64,000 nt of DNA from assembly GCA_030153045.1 (NCBI GenBank), contig JASLID010000002.1, positions 734 through 64,733 of the forward strand, given 5' to 3'. The stretch is from Flavobacterium sp. (GTDB lineage Bacteria > Bacteroidota > Bacteroidia > Flavobacteriales > Flavobacteriaceae). The position numbers were made by a program, and so were the translations under genes. Below are positions 20,909 to 30,558 of this stretch, piece after piece. Position 1 is the stretch's first letter. Every line of letters starts with the position of its first letter. The notes beneath the pieces were generated by a model. The model searched no databases, had not been told where the DNA came from, and worked only from the letters and a program-made list of their open reading frames with translations.

Positions 20909-22108
20909 TTACTTTTTTATGATATTTAGATTGATTCCAACTTCCGTAAATGCTTGAATTGCATTGTCCAAGTGTTCTTTAGTGTGCGCTGCCGAAAGCT
21001 GTACCCTAATCCTAGCTTTGTCTTTGGGCACTACCGGAAAGAAAAAACCTATTACGTAAATCCCTTTTTCAAGTAGTTGTTCAGCCATAATTTGGGATAA
21101 TTTTGCATCATATAGCATTACTGGCACAATTGCCGAGTCACCATCTATAAAATCTAAGCCCGCTTTCCTTAAACCTTCTTTAAAATAATTGGTATTCCAT
21201 TCTAACTGATCTCGCAATGAAGTATCCTTTTCAAGCAATTCAAAAACCTTTAATGAAGCTCCAACAATTGACGGCGCCAAGGAATTTGAAAACAAATACG
21301 GTCTTGAGCGCTGACGTAAAATTTCGATGATTTCTTTTTTAGCCGTAGTATAACCTCCCATTGCACCACCCAATGCTTTGCCAAGTGTTCCTGTAATAAT
21401 ATCCACACGACCCATAACTCCTTTAGCTTCTAGCGTGCCTTTTCCTGTAGCACCAATAAATCCAGCAGCATGACATTCGTCGACCATAACCATAGCATCA
21501 TACTTATCTGCTAAATCACAAATTTTATCTAATGGCGCTACTAATCCGTCCATAGAAAAAACGCCATCAGTCACAATTAACTTGAATCGTCTTCCTTCCG
21601 CATTGGCTTTGATTAATTGTTGCTCCAATTCTTCCATGTTGGAATTTTCATAACGATAACGTGCTGCTTTACACAAGCGAACCCCGTCAATAATGGAAGC
21701 ATGATTCAAACTATCGGAGATAATACAATCATCTTCTCCTAATAAAGGTTCGAAAACACCACCATTAGCATCGAAAGCTGCAGCATATAAAATAGTATCT
21801 TCAGTTCCGTAAAAGTTGGCGATTTTTTGCTCTAAATTTTTATGAATATCTTGTGTTCCACAAATGAAACGTACTGATGACATTCCGAAACCGTGTGTGT
21901 CTAACGCATCTTTAGCCGCTTGAACTACTTCAGGGTGCGATGACAATCCTAAATAATTGTTGGCACAAAAATTCAAAACCGTTTCGCCTGTAGAAATAGT
22001 AATTTCTGCTCCTTGAGGCGATGTAATAATTCTTTCTTTTTTATACAATCCGTTTTCTTGAATTGTATTTAATTCGCTTTGTAAGTGTTGTTTAATTTTT
22101 CCGTACAT
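20909..22108 (-). CDS. kbl: glycine C-acetyltransferase (2-amino-3-ketobutyrate CoA ligase)
   Basis: 399 aa. Alpha-oxoamine synthase family with a PLP-lysine context [10 protein letters not shown]. Confidence 0.9.
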   Translation of the reverse strand: MYGKIKQHLQSELNTIQENGLYKKERIITSPQGAEITISTGETVLNFCANNYLGLSSHPEVVQAAKDALDTHGFGMSSVRFICGTQDIHKNLEQKIANFYGTEDTILYAAAFDANGGVFEPLLGEDDCIISDSLNHASIIDGVRLCKAARYRYENSNMEELEQQLIKANAEGRRFKLIVTDGVFSMDGLVAPLDKICDLADKYDAMVMVDECHAAGFIGATGKGTLEAKGVMGRVDIITGTLGKALGGAMGGYTTAKKEIIEILRQRSRPYLFSNSLAPSIVGASLKVFELLEKDTSLRDQLEWNTNYFKEGLRKAGLDFIDGDSAIVPVMLYDAKLSQIMAEQLLEKGIYVIGFFFPVVPKDKARIRVQLSAAHTKEHLDNAIQAFTEVGINLNIIKK

Positions 22109-22123
22109 GTTTTTAGTATTTTG

Positions 22124-25100
22124 CTACAAATTTACTATTTCTAATTTCTCTCCTATATACACAAGTGCTTTTTTCTGCACATTATACCCTATCTCTTTCA
22201 AAGCACTCTCGTATTCTGAAAGTTGTTTTACATACTTCTCTTGATGATTTCCTGTTTTATAATCTAAAAGAAAAGCATTATCTCCGTTAACAACCACTCG
22301 GTCTGGAACAATAGTTTTCACCCCCTTTTTTATAATACTTCTTTCATTAAAAACCTGATTGTTCTCAGCAAAAAACTCTTTTAAATTTTCATTGAAAACG
22401 ATTTCTTGCAACACTGAAAGAACATCTTTTTTCTGATTTTCGGAAATCAATCCGGTTTCTAATGCTTTTGTTATCGCTAAATCGATATCTTCTTTCACTT
22501 TGACGAACGATAAAACTTCATGCATCACATTACCAAATTCTATTGCTTTTTGTTGATGCGTGCCCCACATTAACGATTCGCGTTTGGCAATTTTTATAGC
22601 CCCTGGCTCTATAACCGATGTTAACGCCTGAATTTCTTCTGTATTTCTTGACGACTTTCTTTCTGTGGAAACTTTTAAGGCATTACCAAAATCATAACTC
22701 AGTTTATTTTGATCATATTCATACTCGTTTTCTAAAAATTCAATAAAAAAAGAAGCCACATTATTAGGCAAATCACCTTGTTTATTTCGTTCTTTAACAC
22801 TTGAAATAATGTACAACTGCTCTTCAGCTCTGGTTAACGCCACATATAAAACATTGATATTATCTAATAAATCTTCTTGTGATTTTTGACTGTACACTTT
22901 GGCTGCATTTTCACCGTAATCAGAAACCTTACTTGATTTGTCAATCAAAAATTTACTGAAATCAATCTCGTCATTGGGCGCATCAAGCCACATTTTTTCT
23001 CTTTTATTCACGCTGAAGTTTTCTTCGGCAAATGGAAAAATGACAACTGGAAATTCCAATCCTTTTGACTTATGAATGGTCATAATCCGAATCGCATTAG
23101 ACCCTTCAGCCGAAGGAACACTTAATTTAAGACCGCTTTTATTCCAATAATCTAGAAAATCAGCAATACTCATTTGGTATTTTATATCGCGTTCTAAAAC
23201 AATATCTAAAAAGAACTGAACGTAGGCATTGTTTTTATTCACTGTGATTCCTTTTAAAACCAAGGTTTCAACCACTTCGTAAAGCGATTTTCTTTTAATA
23301 TTTTTGAAATTGATTTGGATTCCAAAATCAGACAACCATTTTTCTAATTCATTTTCAGAAGTAAACTGAATTCCTTCACTAATAAAATCATGGGTCTGAA
23401 CCGCGTTTTGATTATTTTTTGAGATGTAATACAATGCATGCGCTAACGATTCCTTGTCTTTTTTATCATTCAAATACCGAAGCATACTTAATATAAATTG
23501 AACTTCAGAAGAGGAATTAAGCAACAAGCTTTCGGAAGAAATAACAGGAATTTCATTTTGAGTCAAGTAATTTGCCAACAAAACACCATGTTTATTACTT
23601 CTGGTAAGTATTACAATTTCACTTAGTAAAAATCCTTTTTCTTGAACCTCAACTATGGTTTGTAATGTTTTCTTTAAATACAAATCACTTGATGTTTCCT
23701 CTTCTTCTTCAGACATTTCAATTTTTGGTAAAAAAGAAATATTTACAAACCCTCCTTTTTTAGTATTTGATTCCTGATGGCTTTTATTTTGGTATAAATC
23801 CTTATAATTTTCATCATCAAATTTTTGGGACAAATACTTAAAAAAACTGTTGTTGAATTGTATTACTTCTTCATAACTTCGGTAATTGGTCTCGAGATCA
23901 AAAACTTTTTTATCCTTGTTACTAAACGGATTTTTATCTTTTGACAAATCAATAAACTGTTCAGCTTTTCCGCCACGCCAACGGTAAATAGATTGCTTTG
24001 GATCACCTACAACCAGTAAAGACCCTTGTTCACCTAGCAGATTTTCGCTCGAAAGTGCATTGTCTATTAAAGGAATTAAGTTTTGCCATTGCATTTCGGA
24101 AGTATCCTGAAACTCATCAATAAAAAAGTGCCTGTATCGCTCTCCTAAACGCTCGTAGATAAAAGGCGCTGGCTGATCTTGAATTTGCTCATTAATCAGC
24201 TTGTTAAATTCGGAAATAGACAAAATATTTTGTTCTTCCTGAATTTCCTGCAACTTATTACTCACTGTATTTAATAACGAAAGTGGGGTGATATTTTTTA
24301 GAAAAGCGCTATAAAAAGAATGGTTTTCGGCAATTTCATTTATCCTCTTTAGATTTTCTAATAATTCATCTGAAATCTCATCAATCCCGTCTTTTTGATT
24401 TTGAGGTGTTTTGGCTGAATAGCGTTTTGCTTCGGCCTCATCAAGATATTTATAATGCCCAACGTGCTTTATAATGTCTCCCGAAACCAATTTTAAAAAA
24501 TGTTTAGGGACATAGCTGGAATAAAAAGAATTGTGTTCGATACCATTATTATCAATTAAAGCAATGGATTTCTGGGCTAAACTCATACTTTGCTGTTGCA
24601 AATCGGCGCACAATTTGTCTATTTTCTTCTTTAATTCAATAAACTCGGGAATGGTTTTGTTTTTTAACGACAGTACTTCTTCTCGGTAATTTTCATTCAA
24701 AATTAATTTTCCTGTGGCAAAAATATCACTAGAAACATCCCATGACTTATCATCATCGGTTTTTTCCATGGTAAAATCAATCAGCAACTTGGTCAACACA
24801 GCATCTTCTCCGGCTTGAGCCACAATAGCATCGACCGCTTCTTGCAATAAATTTTCAGTATCTAATGAAACATCAAAAGTAATAGGCAAGCCCAAATCTA
24901 ACGCAAAGGAACGAATGACCTTGTGAGTAAATTTATCGATGGTAGAAATATCGAAAGCTGCATAATTATGAATGATGTTTTTTATGATTGATTTCGATTT
25001 TTCGACAATTTGAATCAAAGTCAATCCCGTATCTTTTGAAAGATCTTGCATGAAAGCAACTGACTTTTCGGAAGGTTCTTCTTTGGTAAAATCGAATAAA

Positions 25101-25282
25101 CTATCTACAATTCGGCTTTTCATTTCGTGAACGGCCTTGTTGGTAAACGTAATGGCTAGAATATTCCTGTATGCATCATTTTTTGGAGACGTTAAAATGA
25201 TTTTAAGGTATTCCTTTACCAAAGTATAGGTTTTACCAGATCCCGCCGAAGCATTATACACAGAAAAAGCAGCTGTTTTCAA
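22124..25282 (-). CDS. UvrD-family helicase with C-terminal RecB-type nuclease, AddA/RexA-like subunit
   Basis: 1052 aa. Walker A ASAGSGKTYTL, DExQ-like FIDEFQDTS, C-terminal nuclease motifs PDRVVV...LLDYKTG...QLSEY. Confidence 0.85.
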   Translation of the reverse strand: MKTAAFSVYNASAGSGKTYTLVKEYLKIILTSPKNDAYRNILAITFTNKAVHEMKSRIVDSLFDFTKEEPSEKSVAFMQDLSKDTGLTLIQIVEKSKSIIKNIIHNYAAFDISTIDKFTHKVIRSFALDLGLPITFDVSLDTENLLQEAVDAIVAQAGEDAVLTKLLIDFTMEKTDDDKSWDVSSDIFATGKLILNENYREEVLSLKNKTIPEFIELKKKIDKLCADLQQQSMSLAQKSIALIDNNGIEHNSFYSSYVPKHFLKLVSGDIIKHVGHYKYLDEAEAKRYSAKTPQNQKDGIDEISDELLENLKRINEIAENHSFYSAFLKNITPLSLLNTVSNKLQEIQEEQNILSISEFNKLINEQIQDQPAPFIYERLGERYRHFFIDEFQDTSEMQWQNLIPLIDNALSSENLLGEQGSLLVVGDPKQSIYRWRGGKAEQFIDLSKDKNPFSNKDKKVFDLETNYRSYEEVIQFNNSFFKYLSQKFDDENYKDLYQNKSHQESNTKKGGFVNISFLPKIEMSEEEEETSSDLYLKKTLQTIVEVQEKGFLLSEIVILTRSNKHGVLLANYLTQNEIPVISSESLLLNSSSEVQFILSMLRYLNDKKDKESLAHALYYISKNNQNAVQTHDFISEGIQFTSENELEKWLSDFGIQINFKNIKRKSLYEVVETLVLKGITVNKNNAYVQFFLDIVLERDIKYQMSIADFLDYWNKSGLKLSVPSAEGSNAIRIMTIHKSKGLEFPVVIFPFAEENFSVNKREKMWLDAPNDEIDFSKFLIDKSSKVSDYGENAAKVYSQKSQEDLLDNINVLYVALTRAEEQLYIISSVKERNKQGDLPNNVASFFIEFLENEYEYDQNKLSYDFGNALKVSTERKSSRNTEEIQALTSVIEPGAIKIAKRESLMWGTHQQKAIEFGNVMHEVLSFVKVKEDIDLAITKALETGLISENQKKDVLSVLQEIVFNENLKEFFAENNQVFNERSIIKKGVKTIVPDRVVVNGDNAFLLDYKTGNHQEKYVKQLSEYESALKEIGYNVQKKALVYIGEKLEIVNL

Positions 25283-25287
25283 TAGAA

Positions 25288-25809
25288 TTAGTTTCTAGAA
25301 ATTAGGTAAATAAAATTTAATTTTGAATCTTCTCCATAATACTCCACTTGCATTTCATCCACTTTTAAAGCGCCAATTCTTTCAATGGCTTTTTGTGAAC
25401 GAATATTTTGAGCACCAATATGAAAATAAACTTTATCGAGATATTGAAATGCATAATCTAGCATGAGTTTTTTCATTGCTGTATTATATCCTCTACCCCA
25501 AAATTTTCTGGTTATAAAAGTATAACCTATTAAAACTGATTTGTCATTCTCATCGTAATCATAAAACCTAGTACTACCTATAACTTCGTTTGTTATGGCA
25601 TCACAAATTTTAAATGCCCCTTTTGAGATCATCGCGCCTTCAAAAAAATTCCGAAAAACTTCTCTTTTATACCTGTTTTTATTAGGATGTTGTTCCCAAA
25701 TTAACGGATCTGAGGCTGCTTGAAAAAGCGATTCGAAATCATTTTCTTGCAATGGAATTAACTGTACTAATTGGTTTTGTAAATGAGTAGGTTGAATATT
25801 GAATGACAT
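25288..25809 (-). CDS. GNAT family N-acetyltransferase
   Basis: The likely start is the internal Met (MSFNIQPTHL); the ORF track extends to 25860. Acetyl-CoA-binding-type motif RKFWGRGYN. Confidence 0.8.
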   Translation of the reverse strand: MSFNIQPTHLQNQLVQLIPLQENDFESLFQAASDPLIWEQHPNKNRYKREVFRNFFEGAMISKGAFKICDAITNEVIGSTRFYDYDENDKSVLIGYTFITRKFWGRGYNTAMKKLMLDYAFQYLDKVYFHIGAQNIRSQKAIERIGALKVDEMQVEYYGEDSKLNFIYLISRN

Positions 25810-25871
25810 GAAGTAAGTTTTAATTATTCCTGTATTTAAAAATACTATTTCCTTTTCCAAAGTTAAATGAT

Positions 25872-25879
25872 TAATTTTG
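25872..25879 (+). promoter_or_regulatory. candidate -7 box (TAATTTTG) upstream of sodA
   Basis: Exact TAnnTTTG match, 39 nt before the ATG. Confidence 0.4.
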
Positions 25880-25917
25880 AATTATATTTAATTACTAATC
25901 TTTAAAAAATAAATATT

Positions 25918-26523
25918 ATGGCATTTGAATTACCACAATTACCTTATGCATATGATGCATTAGAACCACATATTGATGCAAGAACGATGGAAATTCACCA
26001 TTCAAAGCATCATAACGCTTATACTACAAACTTAAACGCTGCTATTGCTGGAACAGATTTAGAAGGAAAATCAATTGAAGAGATTCTTAAAAATTTAGAT
26101 TTAACTAAAGGAGCTGTACGTAATAACGGTGGAGGTTTTTACAACCATAATTTATTTTGGACTGTAATGTCACCAAACGGTGGAGGATTGCCAACAGGGG
26201 AATTAGCTGATGCCATTACTGCTGCATTTGGAAGTTTTGAAGAGTTTAAAGCTGTTTTTTCTAAGGCTGGAGCAACACAATTTGGTTCAGGATGGGCATG
26301 GTTATGTGTAAAAGACGGTAAACTGGAAGTTTGCGGAACTCCTAATCAAGACAACACTTTAATGCCAGGCGTAGGTTGTGGCGGAACACCAATTTTAGGA
26401 ATGGATGTTTGGGAACATGCCTACTACTTAAATTATCAAAATCGTCGTCCTGATTATATTGAAGCTTTCTTTAATGTTATTAACTGGGCTGAAGTTTCTA
26501 GAAGATACGCTGAAGCGAAATAA
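25918..26523 (+). CDS. sodA: Fe/Mn superoxide dismutase
   Basis: 201 aa. [26 protein letters not shown] and DVWEHAYY are signature motifs. Confidence 0.95.
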   Translation: MAFELPQLPYAYDALEPHIDARTMEIHHSKHHNAYTTNLNAAIAGTDLEGKSIEEILKNLDLTKGAVRNNGGGFYNHNLFWTVMSPNGGGLPTGELADAITAAFGSFEEFKAVFSKAGATQFGSGWAWLCVKDGKLEVCGTPNQDNTLMPGVGCGGTPILGMDVWEHAYYLNYQNRRPDYIEAFFNVINWAEVSRRYAEAK

Positions 26524-26544
26524 TCGATATAAAATAAAAAATAT

Positions 26545-26573
26545 AAAGCCAGAAATTACTTTCTGGCTTTTTT
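26545..26573 (+). terminator. intrinsic terminator after sodA
   Basis: 10-bp stem AAAGCCAGAA/TTCTGGCTTT followed by a T-run. Confidence 0.8.
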
Positions 26574-26597
26574 ATTGAATCATAACTAACATTAAAT

Positions 26598-26670
26598 AAA
26601 AAAGGAGGAATATTATATCCTCCTTTTTTGCCCCAAATCTACCATAAACTTAACCTACTTATGTAATGGT
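26598..26670 (-). ncRNA. candidate small RNA, copy 1 (about 73 nt from predicted TSS to terminator U-run)
   Basis: Minus-strand TTTG (comp. 26703-26706), a 20-nt spacer and TACATTTG (comp. 26675-26682). An invariant 47-nt core then starts about 5 nt downstream. Hairpin GGAGGA/TCCTCC (26604-26609 with 26618-26623) is followed by a U-run. No ORF longer than 10 codons. Confidence 0.5.
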
Positions 26671-26674
26671 GAGT

Positions 26675-26706
26675 CAAATGTATATTAGGAATGATTGATT
26701 TCCAAA
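26675..26706 (-). promoter_or_regulatory. Bacteroidota-type promoter (-33 TTTG / -7 TAnnTTTG) for sRNA copy 1
   Basis: Exact TAnnTTTG match (TACATTTG) with a 20-nt spacing to TTTG. The flanking sequence caccgattttctttgg is conserved in both copies. Confidence 0.5.
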
Positions 26707-26838
26707 GAAAATCGGTGAATTGTATAAAAAGTCGTTGAGTTGAAATTTGGCCTATTTTCGTCTAACTAGATTTAGTTAGAAAATTATTTTCACAGGCTTC
26801 AATTTTATTTTTTTAAGATTTTGGAACTTATATAAAAT

Positions 26839-26911
26839 AAAAAAGGTAGAAGTTTAGTTCTACCTTTTTTGCCCCAAATCTACCATAAACTTAACCTACT
26901 TATGTAATGGT
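26839..26911 (-). ncRNA. candidate small RNA, copy 2 (about 73 nt)
   Basis: Same architecture 241 bp away. TTTG (comp. 26944-26947), a 20-nt spacer, TACTTTCG (comp. 26916-26923), an identical 47-nt core (26865-26911), and hairpin GGTAGAA/TTCTACC (26845-26851 with 26858-26864) plus a U-run. Confidence 0.5.
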
Positions 26912-26915
26912 ATGG

Positions 26916-26947
26916 CGAAAGTATATTGATATTGTTTTGCTACCAAA
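26916..26947 (-). promoter_or_regulatory. Bacteroidota-type promoter for sRNA copy 2
   Basis: TTTG, 20 nt, then TACTTTCG (one mismatch to TAnnTTTG). The spacing and -33 context are the same as in copy 1. Confidence 0.45.
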
Positions 26948-26996
26948 GAAAATCGGTGAAGTGTATAAAAACCCGATGAAGTGCAAATATTAACAT

Positions 26997-28895
26997 TTAG
27001 TACGCTCTTGCATCTTTTCCTTCGTAAAAATTCATGAATGCTTTATTCACCACTCTATTTCCACCATCTGTAGGATAATCCCCCGTAAAATACCAGTCCC
27101 CAAGGTTTTTCGGACAAGCAACGTGTAAATTTTCTACTGTTTGGAAAATAATTTTCACTTCCGATTTTACTGAAGCTTCTGTTAGCAATTCCGAAATTTT
27201 ATCTGACACTTCCTGATCTGTAAATGGTGCGTAAATTTCGTTTACATAATTCACAACTTCGCTGTCATTTAAATTTTCTTGCGCTTTGCATTTGGCGTAC
27301 ACTTCATCCACAATATGGTATAGATTTCTGTCTTTCAACAATGCTAAAGCGGCACGGAAAGCTACCAATCCTTCCAATTTAGCCATATCGATTCCATAAC
27401 AATCCGGATAACGAATTTGTGGTGCCGATGAAACTATGATTATTTTTTTAGGATTGAGTCGGTCCATCATTTTAATGATACTCTTCTGTAATGTCGTTCC
27501 ACGCACAATACTATCATCGATGATGACCAAATTGTCTGTTGGTTTTATAACGCCGTAAGTCACATCGTAAACATGCGCCACCATATCGTCACGAGAACTA
27601 TCTTCAGTAATGAAGGTTCTCAATTTGACATCTTTAATGGCTATTTTCTCAGAACGCAATTTAACAGATAAGATTTCTTGCAGTTTTTCAGCGGATAACG
27701 ATTCTTTACTTTCAAGAATAGCAGCTATTTTCCTTTGATTTAAAAAATCATTGGCTGCTTCAACCATTCCGTAAAAAGAAGTCTCTGCTGTATTTGGAAT
27801 ATAAGAAAAAACAGTATTGTCAGTGTCATTATTTACTGCCTCTAAAACGGCAGGCATAATTAGTTTTCCTAAATTTTTTCGTTCTTGGTATATTTCGGCA
27901 TCACTTCCGCGTGAAAAATAAATACGTTCGAAAGAACATGCTTTATTCGGCAATGCTTCTCTGATCTTTTCATCGATAACAGTTCCGTTCTTTTTAATAA
28001 TTAAAGCGTGACCTGGTGTAATTTCTTGAACCTTATCGAATGGTACATTAAAAACCGTTTGAATTACCGGTCTTTCAGAAGCTACGACCACAATTTCATC
28101 ATCTTGATAAAAATAAGCTGGTCGAATTCCTGCTGGATCACGGGTTACAAAGGCATCGCCATGACCTAAAAGCCCAGCCATTGCATAACCTCCATCCCAG
28201 TTTTTAGACGCGCGTTTTAAAATTCGGGCTACATCTAATCTTTCGGCAATAACTGGTGAAGCTTCTTGTTTAGAAAGCCCTTCATTTTTACATTCTTGGT
28301 ACAAATCAGTCACTTCATCATCTAGAAAATGACCTATTTTTTCCATCACAGTAACCGTATCGGCCATTTGTTTAGGATGCTGACCAAGAGTAACTAAATC
28401 TTGGAAAAGCTCTTTAACATTTGTCATGTTAAAATTTCCTGCTACAATTAAATTACGATGCATCCAATTGTTTTGACGTAAAAACGGGTGTACGTTTTCG
28501 ATGCTGTTTTTGCCAAAAGTCCCGTAACGAACATGTCCTAAAAACAATTCCCCCACATAAGGGATATTTGCTTTTTGAAGCGTCACATTATCTTTATATT
28601 CAGGATTATTGGTCAACTCATCGCTGATGCGTTGGTTCACTTGATTGAACACATCTTGAATAGGTTGTGCTTGATTGGAACGGATTCGGCTAATGTATCG
28701 CTGACCTGGCTCCACATCCAATTTTATACTTGCCAATCCAGCTCCATCTTGACCTCTATTGTGTTGTTTCTCAAGAAGCAAATACATTTTTTCAACTCCG
28801 TAAAAAGCTGTGCCATACTTTTCTTTGTAAAATTCTAATGGCTTTTTTAATCTTAAAAGGGCAATGCCACACTCGTGTTTAATTGCGTCACTCAT
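26997..28895 (-). CDS. purF: amidophosphoribosyltransferase (long Bacteroidota form)
   Basis: Ntn glutamine amidotransferase N-terminus MSDAIKHECGIALL and PRTase motif VIIDDSIVRGTT. The ORF track start at 28946 is an upstream extension. Confidence 0.85.
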   Translation of the reverse strand: MSDAIKHECGIALLRLKKPLEFYKEKYGTAFYGVEKMYLLLEKQHNRGQDGAGLASIKLDVEPGQRYISRIRSNQAQPIQDVFNQVNQRISDELTNNPEYKDNVTLQKANIPYVGELFLGHVRYGTFGKNSIENVHPFLRQNNWMHRNLIVAGNFNMTNVKELFQDLVTLGQHPKQMADTVTVMEKIGHFLDDEVTDLYQECKNEGLSKQEASPVIAERLDVARILKRASKNWDGGYAMAGLLGHGDAFVTRDPAGIRPAYFYQDDEIVVVASERPVIQTVFNVPFDKVQEITPGHALIIKKNGTVIDEKIREALPNKACSFERIYFSRGSDAEIYQERKNLGKLIMPAVLEAVNNDTDNTVFSYIPNTAETSFYGMVEAANDFLNQRKIAAILESKESLSAEKLQEILSVKLRSEKIAIKDVKLRTFITEDSSRDDMVAHVYDVTYGVIKPTDNLVIIDDSIVRGTTLQKSIIKMMDRLNPKKIIIVSSAPQIRYPDCYGIDMAKLEGLVAFRAALALLKDRNLYHIVDEVYAKCKAQENLNDSEVVNYVNEIYAPFTDQEVSDKISELLTEASVKSEVKIIFQTVENLHVACPKNLGDWYFTGDYPTDGGNRVVNKAFMNFYEGKDARAY

Positions 28896-28950
28896 TGTTG
28901 TTGTGTTGTAGGGTTTAAATAAAAATGCCCCGACATATCGAGGCATAAAT

Positions 28951-29877
28951 TTATGATAATTCTATATCAAATTGTGTTAAAGCTTTAAATTGCTTTAAAC
29001 GATTTTGCACTTCTTCTTTTGTTAAGGCTACCATTCTTTCTGTTCCGAATTTTTCAACACAGAAAGAAGCCAAGTTAGAACCTTGAACAATAGCTGTTTT
29101 CATGTTTTCGAAAGAAATATTTTCGCTTTGCGTAATAAATCCTGAGAAACCTCCAGCAAATGTATCTCCAGCTCCTGTTGGATCAAATACTTCTTCTAAT
29201 GGCAATGCCGGCGCGAAGAAAACTTGTTTGTCATGGAATAATAATGCTCCATGTTCTCCTTTTTTAATTACTACGTATTTAGGCCCCATAGTCTGGATTT
29301 TCGCAGCAGCTTTTACTAACGAATATTCTCCTGATAACTGACGTGCTTCTTCATCATTGATGGTAATCACATCGACACGTTTCATTACTTCTTTTAATTC
29401 TGGTAAAGCACAATCCATCCAAAAATTCATAGTATCTAAAACTACTAATTTTGGAGTTTCAGTCAATTGATCTAAAACACTACTTTGTACTAATGGGTGT
29501 AAGTTTCCTAACATAACCACATCCGTGTTTTTGAAATTTTCTGGCACAACTGGTTTAAAATCAGCCAAAACATTTAATTCTGTAATTAAAGTATCGCGAG
29601 AATTTAAATCATTATGGTATTTTCCGCTCCAAAAGAAAGTTTTTCCTCCTTTTACTACTTCAAGACCTGTAACGTCTATATTTCTTGATTTTAATAAATC
29701 GATGTGTTCTTGAGGAAAATCATCTCCTACTACCGAAACAATAGCCGATTGTAAGTTAAAATGAGATGCCGAAAGCCCTATAAAAGTAGCTGCTCCACCT
29801 AAAATCTTATCTGTTTTACCAAATGGGGTCTCAATTGCATCAAAAGCAACTGTTCCTACAATTAATAATTTGTTCAT
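28951..29877 (-). CDS. PfkB family carbohydrate/nucleoside kinase
   Basis: 308 aa. GGAATF near the N-terminus and the C-terminal PfkB signature DPTGAGDTFAGGF. Confidence 0.85.
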   Translation of the reverse strand: MNKLLIVGTVAFDAIETPFGKTDKILGGAATFIGLSASHFNLQSAIVSVVGDDFPQEHIDLLKSRNIDVTGLEVVKGGKTFFWSGKYHNDLNSRDTLITELNVLADFKPVVPENFKNTDVVMLGNLHPLVQSSVLDQLTETPKLVVLDTMNFWMDCALPELKEVMKRVDVITINDEEARQLSGEYSLVKAAAKIQTMGPKYVVIKKGEHGALLFHDKQVFFAPALPLEEVFDPTGAGDTFAGGFSGFITQSENISFENMKTAIVQGSNLASFCVEKFGTERMVALTKEEVQNRLKQFKALTQFDIELS

Positions 29878-29912
29878 AATCTACTTTGAAAAATTAAGGT
29901 GCAAATGTACGA

Positions 29913-30539
29913 TTAGTTTTTGGAAATACTAACTCCTTTTTTGGGATTTTCTAACTGATTTCGCATCGCCACAAATGTTTCGTATGGCGCCTTAACCAGG
30001 AGAGAGTTTATAATGAAAGAAGGCACGTTTGACTCTGGATCACCCAACAATTGTTGCATAACTTGAGTTTGTTTGTCATTTATTTTTTTGAGAACCCAAG
30101 TACCTTTGAAGTTTTTAACTCTTATGAAATTTGGATTTTCTTTAATTAATTTATTTTCTGGTGTAAGTGTGATGACACATTCATTTTTTTTCTTTTGAAG
30201 CACCACCCTCGATATATGATCTCGGTCTTTGATGGGCCAGTCAAAATCATTCTGCATGTAAAAAATCCAACTACTATCCGATGTTTTTTTAATTAAAACA
30301 GCTGTCTTGACTTTATAATTCCAATTTTTGAGGTTTTTAACGTCTAGAATCTTGTTGATCACCGAATCCATAGGTGACTTCACATTCATTATAGCCTTAT
30401 ATTCTTTTATATTAGTGGTGTCTACTTTTCTGACATACACCTTAATCTCATTTTTATTCAAAGCCAGTTCCCATGGCTTTTGCTGAATTGCAAAACCAAA
30501 AAAAACAAAACTTAAAACAAGTAAAACCAATTTATACAT
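29913..30539 (-). CDS. hypothetical secreted protein, possibly with a START/lipid-binding-like fold
   Basis: The internal Met gives a signal-like N-terminus MYKLVLLVLSFVFFGFAIQ. The ORF track start at 30596 would overlap rnhA. The fold assignment is only a guess from length and pattern. Confidence 0.5.
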   Translation of the reverse strand: MYKLVLLVLSFVFFGFAIQQKPWELALNKNEIKVYVRKVDTTNIKEYKAIMNVKSPMDSVINKILDVKNLKNWNYKVKTAVLIKKTSDSSWIFYMQNDFDWPIKDRDHISRVVLQKKKNECVITLTPENKLIKENPNFIRVKNFKGTWVLKKINDKQTQVMQQLLGDPESNVPSFIINSLLVKAPYETFVAMRNQLENPKKGVSISKN

Positions 30540-30558
30540 TTTGGTAAATGTATAAAAA

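Larger units (their letters stand above)
26592..26990. repeat. tandem direct repeat, two units of about 160 bp with a 241-bp period
   Basis: 26592-26750 aligns with 26831-26990. The core of 47/47 nt is identical and the flanks are partly conserved. Confidence 0.9.

Noticed and set aside
26624-26670. Mini-ORF ATG GTA GAT TTG GGG CAA AAA AGG... (MVDLGQKR) inside the conserved sRNA core
   Set aside because: It is only 8-10 codons. The stop position differs between the two copies and falls inside the terminator stem. Conservation is at the nucleotide and structure level, with compensatory stem changes, rather than at the codon level. A leader-peptide role makes no sense because nothing lies downstream.
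26592-26990. Possible CRISPR array or minisatellite
   Set aside because: There are only two copies and the period is 241 bp. The units contain promoter-like and terminator-like parts, there are no short regular spacers, and no cas genes are nearby.
28896-28946. 17-codon N-terminal extension of purF (MPRYVGAFLFKPYNTTT)
   Set aside because: The Ntn amidotransferase needs its catalytic Cys close to the N-terminus. MSDAIKHECGI from the Met at 28895 fits the family, and the extension almost abuts the upstream PfkB gene.
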